The notes below the pieces were generated by a model. That model did no database searches, had not been told where the DNA came from, and was given only the letters and a program-made list of their open reading frames with translations. A program made the translations under genes and the position numbers. Positions 50,379-62,339 of a stretch of 64,000 nucleotides of DNA are shown here, in pieces. Positions within the stretch are counted from its first letter, which is position 1. The number at the start of each line of letters is the position of its first letter. Origin of the DNA: Podarcis pityusensis (lineage: Eukaryota); NCBI GenBank assembly GCA_964106645.2, contig OZ067043.1, one strand, 5' to 3'.

Positions 50379-51387
50379 TTTATTTTGAAAAAAAAGAGAA
50401 AGAAAACAATTATCAAGTATTCTGAGTAACTCAACGATTTTGCCATTTATTAAATAATACTTTAGACCAGTAGTCATTAAAATTGATTTGTGTAGCTAAC
50501 CGTATGCTACAAAATGCAAAGTATTACTTGTTTGGAAATTTTGTTTTACCCGTGACACCTTTTTAAAAAACACACACACCCGAAAACAAGAATATTTCAT
50601 GTTGCCTTTTAAAAGTCTGGAGTGCTACACCTCAAAGCTGTTTTGCACATTTTATTTCCCCACTTTTACATATGTATAGTGACCCTCCTGGCATCTGCAT
50701 TGGGTAGACAATGCTGTGTGTTCAGAGTTCATGGATCTCAGCTCTTGCAATTTATGCCATTTCCCAATGCTCTGAGGATCCCGGAGGTTTGCCATGGCAG
50801 AGATCCCAGCTCACATGTTACAGTATCACATGATTCTGATGCTAGGGAGACACCTGAGAAAGCAGCCAAATGCAGCATCCGAGCCAGTCTTAAATTAATA
50901 GAGTTACGCTAGAGAATTTTAAAAACTCACTAACAATGAAAATAATTTTGTTTTAATTAGGTATTCCCTGCAGGGCTTGCAAACAACAGCCTCGTTACAC
51001 ACTGCAATAAGAGGAACAGTGCACTCTAGAAAGAAAGGCCGTTGTGGAATACGTACAGTAATTTTATAGTCCTGCGAAAGGGAGAGGGGGACGTTAAAAT
51101 TAATATGTGTAAGGAAATGGGGCGTGAGCAGTTTACATTTTTATGAGCATGGAAGTGGGGCTAAGCAAAGAATCATAAGATTAGTAGATGGTTTAAGGCA
51201 GGAACAGGGGACCCTTTTCAGCCTGAGGTCTACATTGGCTCCTGGAGAACTTCTCCAGGGCTGCTTGCCCACTGAAGGCCAGAAGCAAAATGTGGGTGAA
51301 GCAACTGAGCTAATTCTTACCAGATAGGCTACACAAAATTCAGAGGTTCTTACTCACATACACGCAAACTTACACCTATGTCTAGAT

Positions 51388-51523
51388 CAGGGTTTCCCAA
51401 ATTTGGGTCTCCAGCTGTTTTGGACTACAACTCCCATCATCTCCACCTAGCAGGACCACTGATTAGGGATGATGGGAATTGTAGTTTCAAAACAGCTGTA
51501 GAAACCTGGTTTCAGAAACCCGG
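51388..51523. mobile_element. Palindromic hAT MITE (136 bp)
   Basis: TSD gtctagat. Possibly nested in an older hAT element at about 51199-51673. Confidence 0.88.
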
Positions 51524-52941
51524 GTCTAGATGAATGATCATACTTCAAAGCACTTGAAGAGTGCAAAAGCACTTGAAGAGGGTACAGAGCAGAGGTAGTG
51601 AGGGGTGTGGCCTGGATAAAGAGGCCTAGAGGACTGCATTTGGCCCCCCTGGGGCTGAGATTTGCTATCCCTGGCACAGGGGTTAGGACTTAGGGTTGAA
51701 GAACACAAAGGAGGCAGCAAGGTGGACTGGTGGCCAGATCAGAGGGCTGAAACCAGGAACCAATCAAGTCCCTCAAAAACTGATAGCAAAATGGCTGACT
51801 GGTGTCTGGAGGAGGAGCTTGAAAGGGCAGTGTCTCTTGTGGAGGTGAGGCATGTATTGGAGGTGGAGCAAATGTGGAAGCAGGGATGAGGAAGCAAGAG
51901 CATGGCGCATAGGGAATCCCTCTGCAGAAGCACTGGCAAGATGAGACTCTGGAAACGACACAATGGCGACTACACAATTACATCACCTATTCAGTAAAGT
52001 AGGCCAGGATCATGACACCTGATCTGATGCAGTGCTGCTAGTGAAGCCCTGGAGATTAAGAAAGAATGAGTTCAGCTCCCTGAGGTCCCATCCCCGTGGT
52101 TTACACCACTGGGATTGTACCATATGCTAACATATTCTGCAAAAGGGGTTCAGACTGGGACAGTGTCACATTCCTGAGAGAGCTTTTCCCAGTGTGCCTT
52201 TTAGTCTCTGTACTGAGTTCCTTTCAAGTTGTCTGCCACTCAGAACTTACCACAGCGGTTTTGAAACTGTGTTCTGGCAAAAACCTTGGGGCTTCCTGAA
52301 CACTTAGCAGGAATCCCTTGATCGGATGTTCTGCCTTTGGAAAAACAAAGCTTCAGGAAGAAATGCTTTGCCTCACTTCAGCTGCACCATGGGATGTGCA
52401 CAGTTGGTCACTCATTTTGAGGTGCACACTGAGACTGAGTCTTACAGAGCGTTCCAGAAAGAGTCCAGAAAATTTCACAGCTTCTTCCCCATGAAAAATG
52501 GGAACTCTAAATCATCTCTGCCAACCAAAATTGCAGCTTAAGTTAGACACACTCCAGGGCCTTTATGAAAAGGCAGAAATGCAGTTTAAGCCAGACTTGA
52601 AATTCCCTGTTTTCAAAACTTTACGTTTCTCTCTTAACTTGAATTCTGGTTGGTCTTTGGCAACACACAGACACACAGAGCTATATTTTGGCCCAAGGTC
52701 ATTTTCAACCAAAAAACAAATAAAATTCAACAGTTAGCAATTAGTATCCAGCTGGGGCTGTTATGGTCAAGTACCTGCCAAGTCCCACACTCCATCAGGG
52801 GACCCAATGCAAAACCTCAGACACCCCACTGATCCTTCTCCTGTTCATTTGCTCTCTTCAAGTGAGTAAGAAGTGAGTGGAGTAGATGAAAGAACAGTAC
52901 TCACCTCATCCTCTAGGTAGCTGAACAGATTGGGTCTAGAG

Positions 52942-53077
52942 CAGGCTTCCTCAACCTTGACCCTCCAGATGTTTTGAGACTACAATTCCCATCATTCCTG
53001 ACCACTTATCCTGCTAGATAGGGATAATGGGAGTAGTAGGCCAAAAGCATCTGGAGGGCTGAGGTTGGGGGAGCCTG
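52942..53077. mobile_element. Palindromic hAT MITE (136 bp)
   Basis: TIR caggcttcctcaacct. TSD gtctagag. Confidence 0.92.
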
Positions 53078-53780
53078 GTCTAGAGGGAATGGACATGAAT
53101 GGGAAGTGACAGAAGCAATGAAGGGGAGGTGGCCCAAGTCCAGAAGGGAGCACTACTGAATGCATCTTATGCAAGAGGAGCTGGCATTGGCATTTGAAAA
53201 TGCAACTATGTTGATGCATACCTCACCACTTAAAGCAATTGCATCAACGCTGGGTGCAAAAGACAGGACATGATTATCACAGTGTGCTTTAGATGATGCT
53301 TGGTTTGGAAGCTCCACCTGGTACAAAATGCTACAGCTAGTCTGTTGATGGGGACTACCACTAGAATCTAACTCTGATGCTAAAAAGCTTGCACTGGCTG
53401 CCCACATGTTAATGGGCCAGGTTCATTGTTTTTGTATTAACTTACAAGGGCATTAATAGTTTGGGCTGCAAATGTCTTACAAACTGCTCAATCCCTTTTG
53501 TTCCTGCTTGTTCACTGAGATCTTTGGTGGGGTTTCTGTTGGTGGTTCCCCATGTCTCAGATGCATTCAGTGCTGTGGATCCAATCCTGTGGAACTCCCT
53601 CCCAACTGAGTTTAGACAGGCATCTTCCTGGCTGAACCTGACAAAGACATTCTTGTTGCCTTGTGCATTTTAAGGAAGTGTTTCATTTTGTGATGGCTGT
53701 TTATTGCTTTATTTTCTGTATGCTTTCTTTCTATGTACCATGCTTGGAAATGTTAATGCTTATAAGGTATATAAATATCT

Positions 53781-53781
<1 letters not shown>

Positions 53782-53833
<52 letters not shown>
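53782..53833. repeat. (TAA)n microsatellite, probably an L2 tail
   Basis: Direct reading. It follows an L2-like remnant. Confidence 0.9.
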
Positions 53834-53835
<2 letters not shown>

Positions 53836-55928
53836 CCTAGTGTGTCTTTTAAGGGTGCATTCTTGGAATATTTCACTTTAGTCAGTATACACAGAATGAT
53901 TTACCAGGTTCACTCATCCATGGGCGCAGTTGAAGCTTGGAAGAGTCTTTGTTCCGACATGCAAAGGCAAAAGCAAAGCATTATTCAATCAGACTAGACT
54001 GAATCCAGACATAGTAGCCTATTGGGAAGATCTATTGCCAGAAAAAGACACTTAAATTTGGTTTAGAGCCAAAGTGGATTAAAGTGTGATTTCAACATTT
54101 GTACAACCTTAGTGAGTGGTATGCAATACATCAAGCAAGTCAGTTATTTGCTTCAGAACAGGGTGGAGAGGTGTTGAAAGCTCTTGAAACTTATCAAATG
54201 GCCAGAGAATTTTCCAAAATCTGATGTGTTAGCTGCTCTCTCAACCTGGTACCCTCCAGATGTTGTTGTATTATGCTTCCTATCATCCCTGATCATTGGT
54301 AATACTGGCTGGGAATGAGACCTTTTAGTTTTGGTTTACTATGTAAACATATAGATTGGTTTCTTTTCTGGAGCATTCTGGAGCTGTTTCTATGCCTTCT
54401 TCTGCACTGAATCTGTTTTCTTTTTGTGGCATGCTGTAGTTTATATCAAACCTTTTTTTAAGGGCTAGAAACTTGCATAAGCGAATGAAAGATAAACGCT
54501 CAGATTTTCCCAGTGTTGAATTTTGCACCCCTGTCCATTTTCATGCTTGCAACTGCTTCCAGGAGAAAGCCTTTAATGATTTTTTGCTCACATGGCAGGA
54601 GATATAACATGTACCAAGATGTATTCTCCCAAAGTAGCTGCTCATACTCAGCAATTTATCTGTCTAGCAGAGGGAAGAGTGTTGTGTGGCTGTAACTGGG
54701 AGCGCAATTTGACCCATTTTGTCAGATAGGTTCAATCACCTTTTGGAAATGTGTTCTCCCCAAGAATGCAGCTGTCAGTACAATTGGCTGAAAGTGTTGT
54801 CAGGAACCCTTTCATTAGAGCCCATACACAGCCAAGTTGTATACAATTCCTTGAGAATCATGGCAATAATCCATAACGATTGGCCATTAGTCTTCTCAAG
54901 TGCTTTATCCAGTAGGTATTTGAATTGTTCCTACTGGATCAACCCGAATTGCATGTATAGCAGACATGAAGGAAAATGTTACAAAACCTAAAATTAAATA
55001 GAATTGTGTTAGAGAAAGTGAGCTGGATTTTTCTACCCCTCCCTCCCCCCCAAAAAAACCCCCACAACCCAGACAAATACACACACATCACAATAGTTTT
55101 GATTGAAATGGCCCTGTGCTTGAAATTCACTGGCCCCATGCTACACTCTCTGTGAAAAAGGCCGACTGGGTTGTTTTATTTGTGTGGGTGTGCATTCATT
55201 CTATGTCTTTCCATTCTCTGTGGGTAACCTTTGCGGAGTCTGTGAACTCTGCAGTACTTCTAAACTGTGTCATGGCAATCTCATGGCCCGTGGCAAATAA
55301 AACCAGACTTTACCAAATTGTTGTGATGCCCCTAGAAGTGTGGCATGGTGAGTCGGGCAAAATGGGACAAAAATAAAACATTGGGATCATACCATGATGA
55401 AGCACGGTTATTATGTCAAGGCAACTTGTGTAAGTCTGTGATAAGACTTGTGTAAGACTCTGTGATAAAGGGAATATCTATATGCTCTTAATATCTAGTT
55501 CACAGGATACTTTTCACAGGTTACTTTTTCCTCCATATGAACAATTTGGCGTGTGAGCAGCCCTTAGCGCATGGAAAACTAAAGCAGCAGCTGTGATTGG
55601 CATCCGTTTTTGGAGCATCAGAGATCACAGGCATTGCCGAGGCTGAAATCTGTGAATGGCCACCTTGTGTGAATTAACGTGAGCGAGAAACAAAAGTTGC
55701 AAGCAGTTCCAGGGTAACATATAAATCACCTCGAATGTCAAGTCCAAGTGGAACAAAAAGTGGGCAGCAATAAATATGAGGAGTAAATATAACGCTTTTC
55801 CGTTTTATAACAAGCTGCAAGGATGAAGTATTTTAGTTAAGAATTATATCATGTCGTATATATATTTCACCATTATTTTGGTGGGGCTGGTGCGTATTGT
55901 TTTCTGTAACATTTTATCCCAGATCATT

Positions 55929-55966
<38 letters not shown>

Positions 55967-56536
55967 CCTCTCTCTCTCACACACACACAAATAACATATT
56001 GCAAACACGAGCAAGATGATGTTAACAATGGGTTATATACTTCACAAACAATATCAGCAACTGAGATCAGATGGAAATGACACTTGAACTTTGCTAAATA
56101 TTTGTATACTTATTGCAAAAATTGTGGGGATATATAATTAGTGAAATATCTAATTAGTGACTTTTAAACATTATTCCAAGACCCATTTCCTATTGCTGCT
56201 CTGATCCCATTAACTAGGATTTAATCAACATTAAGTAACTCTATAGATATCTCTGTTTTTCAGCCAAAAGTGCAGTGCAGCAATCCAGCTACCCAGACAT
56301 GCACTTTTAGGTTGCAGTGATTGAAAATGCTTAACTCTCCCATTAATTCAATAGGACTTAACAGTGTTTACCTATAGCTGTGTTTTTAGCTATAGTTTTA
56401 GTTTTTAGATTACACAATTTCTTTGGCACAGAAATATTATTTCTAAAGCAATGATTCCTTATGTTGTCTGTGGAACAAAGAAAACGCAAATATCTACAGT
56501 CCTTACTGCGGCAAAACTTTCACTCTGAGCTGAGCC

Positions 56537-56537
<1 letters not shown>

Positions 56538-56587
<50 letters not shown>
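56538..56587. repeat. (TTTC)n microsatellite
   Basis: Direct reading. Confidence 0.95.
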
Positions 56588-56588
<1 letters not shown>

Positions 56589-58794
56589 GACAGCTAATAG
56601 ATAAGAAGGAATTTCTCTTCTTTATCCTAGCAAAAGAAAAGCAAACACAATAATCCCTGTTTATTGTTGCAAGGTTTGTGACCCAGTCTTGCTCCCGTTC
56701 TCTGACTGCACAAAGGTCAGAAACTGCCCCTCTATCAGCAAACTCGCTTTTCAGATTCTTTATCTGCACTAGCACCTATCTTTAGAAACCAGGAATACAT
56801 TTTTACATAATATGGGTACCATAATGCATTTGATCCATCATTTCATATATACAGACTCTGATTGAGAAATCTCTACAGTGTTTCAGCCTAGAGAAATATA
56901 CTATTGAAAATCAGTATTGACTTGAGTATTGTTTTCAAATAATTAAAGAAGTCAGTTTTGTGTCTAGCATCTTTCACTTTTGGGTTCTGCCATGTTCTTT
57001 GAACAATTTATATCTAGCAAGAGTTGGTGTTCTATACTGAAGGTGAGAAACAAGCAGGTTTCTAGGTCTCCGTATTTTGGAGATGAACTTTAAAATGTGC
57101 AGGCATTACCTGCTGGTCTTTTAGAAGCAGTAACTTACCTGTGTGAGCCATCCTAGCCGTCAGAGAACGCCTGTGCTCTGTAGAGCTCCCTTTCCTCCCC
57201 TTCATGACCCACATCAAATATCTTAAGGAACTCTTTCCATAATCCATGTATCTATTTCCCTATGGCTATGTATCCTTTAGCTGCCATTACTCTCTTTTTT
57301 GTAGTATGAATGCTCAAGAAAACGCCACATATTCTGCAGTTTAAAAAAATTGTGTAAGCATTGATAGCCTTATCTTCCATGAAGTTGTCTAACCCCATTT
57401 TAAAGCCATCCAAGATGGTGGTGATTTTGTGGTAGTTTAACCATATTCAATGTAAAGAAGCACCTCTGAGAGATGGAGAAAAATGTCTATCTACTTTCTC
57501 CAAATGATACATAATTTTATACAATGCTTATCATGCCTCTGCCTCCTCTAGTGCCTGCTGTTATCACGTCCAGACAATATATTGATTTCCTTCTCCCAAA
57601 CAAGCGCTTTCCTTATTGAGAATCCAGTGATAGAAGGTAAGAGCTGTCTGTAGACCATTTTGCTTCAGAACTTTCTGGATTTAAGTTAGAGGAGACAACG
57701 AACCTTTTTAGTCAGAAAGCAAACATGATGCTGCTAAGTTATAACTATAGCAGTTACAAAACATAAATGTTTGGCAAATATCATATATACATCTTGTGGC
57801 TTCAACTTTGGCTTTCTGACACTGCCCTGACTTCGATCTGGTATTAACTGGACCCCCAAAATGGGATATTCAGTGTAAATTCATTCTAACAGTTTCCTCA
57901 GAGACTGGTTCATTGTTCATGTGGGAACAGTCAACATATTTGGATGCTAGGACGCACCTGAAGATCGCTGGCAGTATTTTACAGCAATAAGAAGCAGTAC
58001 TCTTGAATAAATCGCTTTCCTAATTTTCATGGTGGATGTTACTTTGAAGCATGGAATACCTCATAAACTGCTTCAGACTATGCTTAAAACCCAAGACTTC
58101 AACGCTGTGAAAATATCAAGGATGATAACATCCTGAAGAATGGAATGCCCCCTCTTAACTACTTCAAATAAGTTCATTTTAAAACTGCTGCTCCGTTTTT
58201 CTACATAGTAAAACTCAATTGTGTCAACAGAGCAGAAAGATGGCTGCAACTCTGAAGGCTCACACTGTTAAAAAGCTTTCATTGCAGGTTTCTCTGAGTA
58301 TCGAACAACCCCATTTTTCTGGTGTGAACTGCATAACTCACTCAGGGAAAGCGACCCAAGGGCAATTTGTGGTGGCACAATGGAGCTAATACAGGAGGAC
58401 TGGTCCTGAAGCTGAAATAACTCACTCCAGAAGAATGACCCTAGGGCAATTAATGGTGCCACAACAGAGCTAATACTGGAGGCTTTTAAACAACAATTTA
58501 GCCTTTTGCAATCATTGCTGCAGGAGGAAAAAAAGAGGGCATGGCCAGAAAAAACAGGACGTGGTTGTGATATGGTTGTATCACCTGTGCTCAGAGCTGC
58601 AATTATTTTGTACCCGTGGCGTTAACACACAGGTGCCATCCTTGAAGGCAGCTCTGAAGCCACAACCAGAATTTTGTTTTTGTTTAGGACCCACTGATAT
58701 TAAAAAACTAAAACAAAGCATGAATCTTCCCTTACATGAAATCTTGTGGTACAGAATTTATACCCACTCAGGCCAGAGCTACATATTACATTAA

Positions 58795-58987
58795 ATTGAG
58801 ACTAGAATCTGAATGCGAACCGAGCTAAAAAGCTCATGGAAAGACCTTGGCCAGTCACCAACTCTCAGCCTCACTTACCTCACAGGGCTGTTGTGAAGAT
58901 AATATGGAGAGATGGAGAGCCACATGTGCCACCTTGAGTTCTTTGGAGTAAAGGTAGGATTTTAAAGGCAGTAGCAAATAATAAATA
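58795..58987 (+). mobile_element. CORE-type SINE (Squam3/MIR-like)
   Basis: gaccttggccagtcacc..ctcagcctcacttacctcacagggctgttgtgaagat..gccaccttgagttc, ending in an aaataa tail. Confidence 0.65.
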
Positions 58988-59229
58988 ACTGTACAGATGT
59001 TGCTGAAAACGAGAACTGCACACTTTTTGCACAGTCAAAAATACAGGCTGTTAAACATATGCACACATATAAAGAACAGTAAAGGAATAATGAAACTGGC
59101 TGATAATTGTTCTTAGTTTATCATGCTCATGGAACAATTGGCTCACTAATTATATTGCACAGGTTACATATCTCATAATCTTAAAAAAAAAATGGACTTG
59201 AGTTGAACTGATCAGAAGATGAAGGACTA

Positions 59230-59850
59230 CCACAGTGGAAATAAATGGAAGCCATGGAGCCATAATAGCTTTTTTAAAATTACTCATATTATTATTATTT
59301 GTTTTTTAAAAGGTTTATTTGCTTGCTGTACTTGCTGGTTAAATTTCTACATAATGACAGTCTCCCAAATTTTAGCAATCTACTGCTGTGTAGGTGGTTG
59401 CTTTGGAGACTTCCAATTATGTGCTATACACAACTCTGCAGTTGCATACAGTTGCTTAAGGAGGTCTTTTCTGCCCGAATCCAGGGTCATTAGCTTCGAA
59501 ATGACGAAGAAGCATAGTTTTGGGAGTTATCTGAGGTTCAATGTGGATAAATTTCTGTCGGTAATCAGCAACCATGTTCCCAAACTTCTTTATGCTCGTG
59601 CATTCTCACCAAAGGTGAAAGTATGACCCAATCTGACCACACACCATTCCAACAGTAATAACTATAAGTTCTGACATATTAGATAAAGTTATGCTTCATA
59701 ATATCCCAGTGACTGAAATTTTCATACTCTTCTTCTTCTTCTTCTTCGTGTTGCTGGATAAAGTTGCAAATGATTCCCCATCATTTTCTTCTGAAGATTC
59801 TCCCAAGTCTTTCTTTCCCTCCTATACCCAAATATTTTCCCCCTGGGACA
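59230..59850 (-). mobile_element. Ancient decayed L1 ORF2 3' end
   Basis: Minus strand with frameshift and stops reads CWNG/CGQIGSYFHLW*ECTSIKKF (59654 downward), then ATAELCIAHNWKSPKQPPTQQ*IAKIWE. This aligns with the C-terminus of the young L1. Confidence 0.7.
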
Positions 59851-61276
59851 GCTGTACAAAAACGTAGAACAGAATCAGCATGAAAATAACACCATTCTTT
59901 GGAAGACTTGAGCTCTGTGGCCTGAAATGTTTAGCTCGCATCTGTGAGGTTGGGAATGTCCCTGCTGACTCTAGCTCTGTGCTCCTACATAATGATGGTC
60001 CTCTCTGCCAAAAGTCCTACACACGTATGCCCCGATTCACGGGGCACTGGCAGAGGAAGAGGAGTGCAGGGAGAGCGCACTGCCCCCGGCAGCACAATCC
60101 CGGTGGGGTGCCATCACGGCTGCTCCCCCACCTGCGCTGGGCGCCACGCCCCTGTAGGTGGCGTGCCCCACCCCAGGACACAAGCCACGCTTCTGCAGCA
60201 CGCGTGCCACACCCCTGCGGGCAGCGTGCCCCGCCCCCGGGATGCATGCCAGTCCCACCCCCGCCTGCTCTCCGCCCCCCAGTGCCAAATGGGCAGCTGA
60301 CCCCCTGGGCAATGTGTGATCAGACGCACAATAGGATGTATGAGTGTGGGCTTCAGTGAAGATGTGATATTGAACACAGGTTTGGTGAAGAGGTGGGGTT
60401 GGGGAGGGGTTCGGATCCCCAGCCTCCCCAACTGTTTGCACAGGGCACCCACTTATAACTTATGTACAGGAACTTAGATAACACTCTAAGAAATCGTGCA
60501 TGGGTATAAAGTGGACAAAATAAGAAACTAACATTAACCGAACCATAATTATATTGATAATGTTTATGTGTGTGCTCAATTTCTGGATGGAAATTAAGCA
60601 TCAGATTTGTCAAACAGTGCTGTACACTCAACTCTCTCTATGTACATTTATCCAGGCTTCCCTTTGTCCTATAGTTGTTATTTTTTCTTTGGTTCCACTG
60701 CTTTCCCCAGGAAAACTCACTGTCTACCTCTGAATTGGAACAAACTTGCTCCGATTCAGCGGTGAGTGGTGGGTTTTCTCAGGGAAAGCAGCAGGACAAA
60801 AGAAAAACCTACTAGACTATGATTAGATGTCATGGACCAAACCAAAGTGTGGATGAGCCCTAAGTGTGTGTGAAGCTATAAAAGTACAGGGCCTTCAGGT
60901 ATAACCGGAATAAGCCAAACCACTGTAGTCTTAATACAAGGCAAAAGCACTATGTAACAAAGCAAAAATCTAAGCAGCCCAAAGGAGTCTCATTTAATTG
61001 TGGTGTGTGTGTATTGTAGTGGACAGTGGGCTTTTAAAATTGTTTTTAGTTCATACAGTCCTTTCTATGGATCAGTTACATTCGATGTGAGCCGCTAATG
61101 TTATGGACAGTTGTAGTGGACAGTGTTAGGCAAGGAAGACTTGGTTTCAAAATCCCTCTTCAGCAGTCATGCTCATTGAGTGTGTCTACCTCACAAGATT
61201 GTTGTTTGCATAAAAGAGAGGACATGCCTCAAGATCTTTTGAGGGTGTTATAATAGAGTGTCAGTACTTATTGAAA

Positions 61277-61621
61277 GGGATGTGGGTGGCACTGTGGGTT
61301 AAACCACAGAGCCTAGGGCTTGCCGATCAGAAGGTCGGTGGTTCGAATCCCCGCGACAGAGTGAGCTCCTGTTGCTCGGTCCCTGCCCCTGCCAACCTAG
61401 CAGTTCGAAAGCACGTCAAAGTGCAAGCAGATAGGTACCGCTCCAGTGGGAAGGTAAACGGCGTTTCCGTGTGCTGCTCTGGTTCGCCAGAAGCGGCTTA
61501 GTCATGCTGGCCACATGACCCAGAAGCTGTACACCGGCTCCCTTGGCCAGTAAAGCGAGATGAGCACCGCAACCCCAGAGTCGGTCACAACTGGACCTAA
61601 TGGTCAGGGGTCCCTTTACCT
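61277..61621 (+). mobile_element. Full-length Sauria SINE
   Basis: Complete from head to tail. TSD tacttattgaaa / tacttattaaaa. Confidence 0.93.
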
Positions 61622-62339
61622 TACTTATTAAAAACCAAGGGGACAATATAACCCCTGTATAATTTGTGAATGTTAGGAAAGGAGCATTTCCCGCTCTGAT
61701 ATCCAGAGCTGTTACCCTTTAGGAGGGATAGGTTATGATGTAACGTTTACAGGATCCCTCTCCATTTCCCCTCAAATGGCTTCTTTGAATGAGGCCGAAA
61801 GAGGAGTCCTGCCACAGTATAACCTTCCCCACAGCTTCCAGGCAGGGAAATCCATCAAATGCTCATAACGTGTGAGCGAACCCTGGCACGAGAATTTCCG
61901 AAAGCCCTGGGATTACAGACAAAAGAACAGCACTTTTTTCTTTTCCTTTTGGAAAGTGAACGGAGGGGAAGTGGGCAGGCGGGAGAGAAACCCTTCCTGC
62001 AGTTTGAGGGAATTTTCACTGAGGGGGAAGAGAAAGTAGAGCTTCCTTTCTGCACCTCAGAGGGTCACGGGCAGTTTCGCACCCTTCTTTCGATACGGTT
62101 CCCTTCTCGGTTTTCTTGTCGCCCTGCTGCCCTGGGAACAGGGAAAATGGAAAATGGAGAAGGAAGCGGGCGCGGGGAAGAGATTTCGGAGCAAACATAT
62201 GAGAGCCAAACACTTTTAAAGCAGAAAGAAAGGAAAGAAAGAAAGAAAGAAAGAAAGAAAGACCCCTCTGGCATATGGGGAAGGGGTTTATCTGGTCATT
62301 TTTATTTATTTAGTTAACAGTTTTCCAGTTCCCTTTGGC

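Noticed and set aside
59880-60452. Several 110-160 aa ORFs
   Set aside because: They arise from the GC-rich repeat segment and show no domain or splice support.
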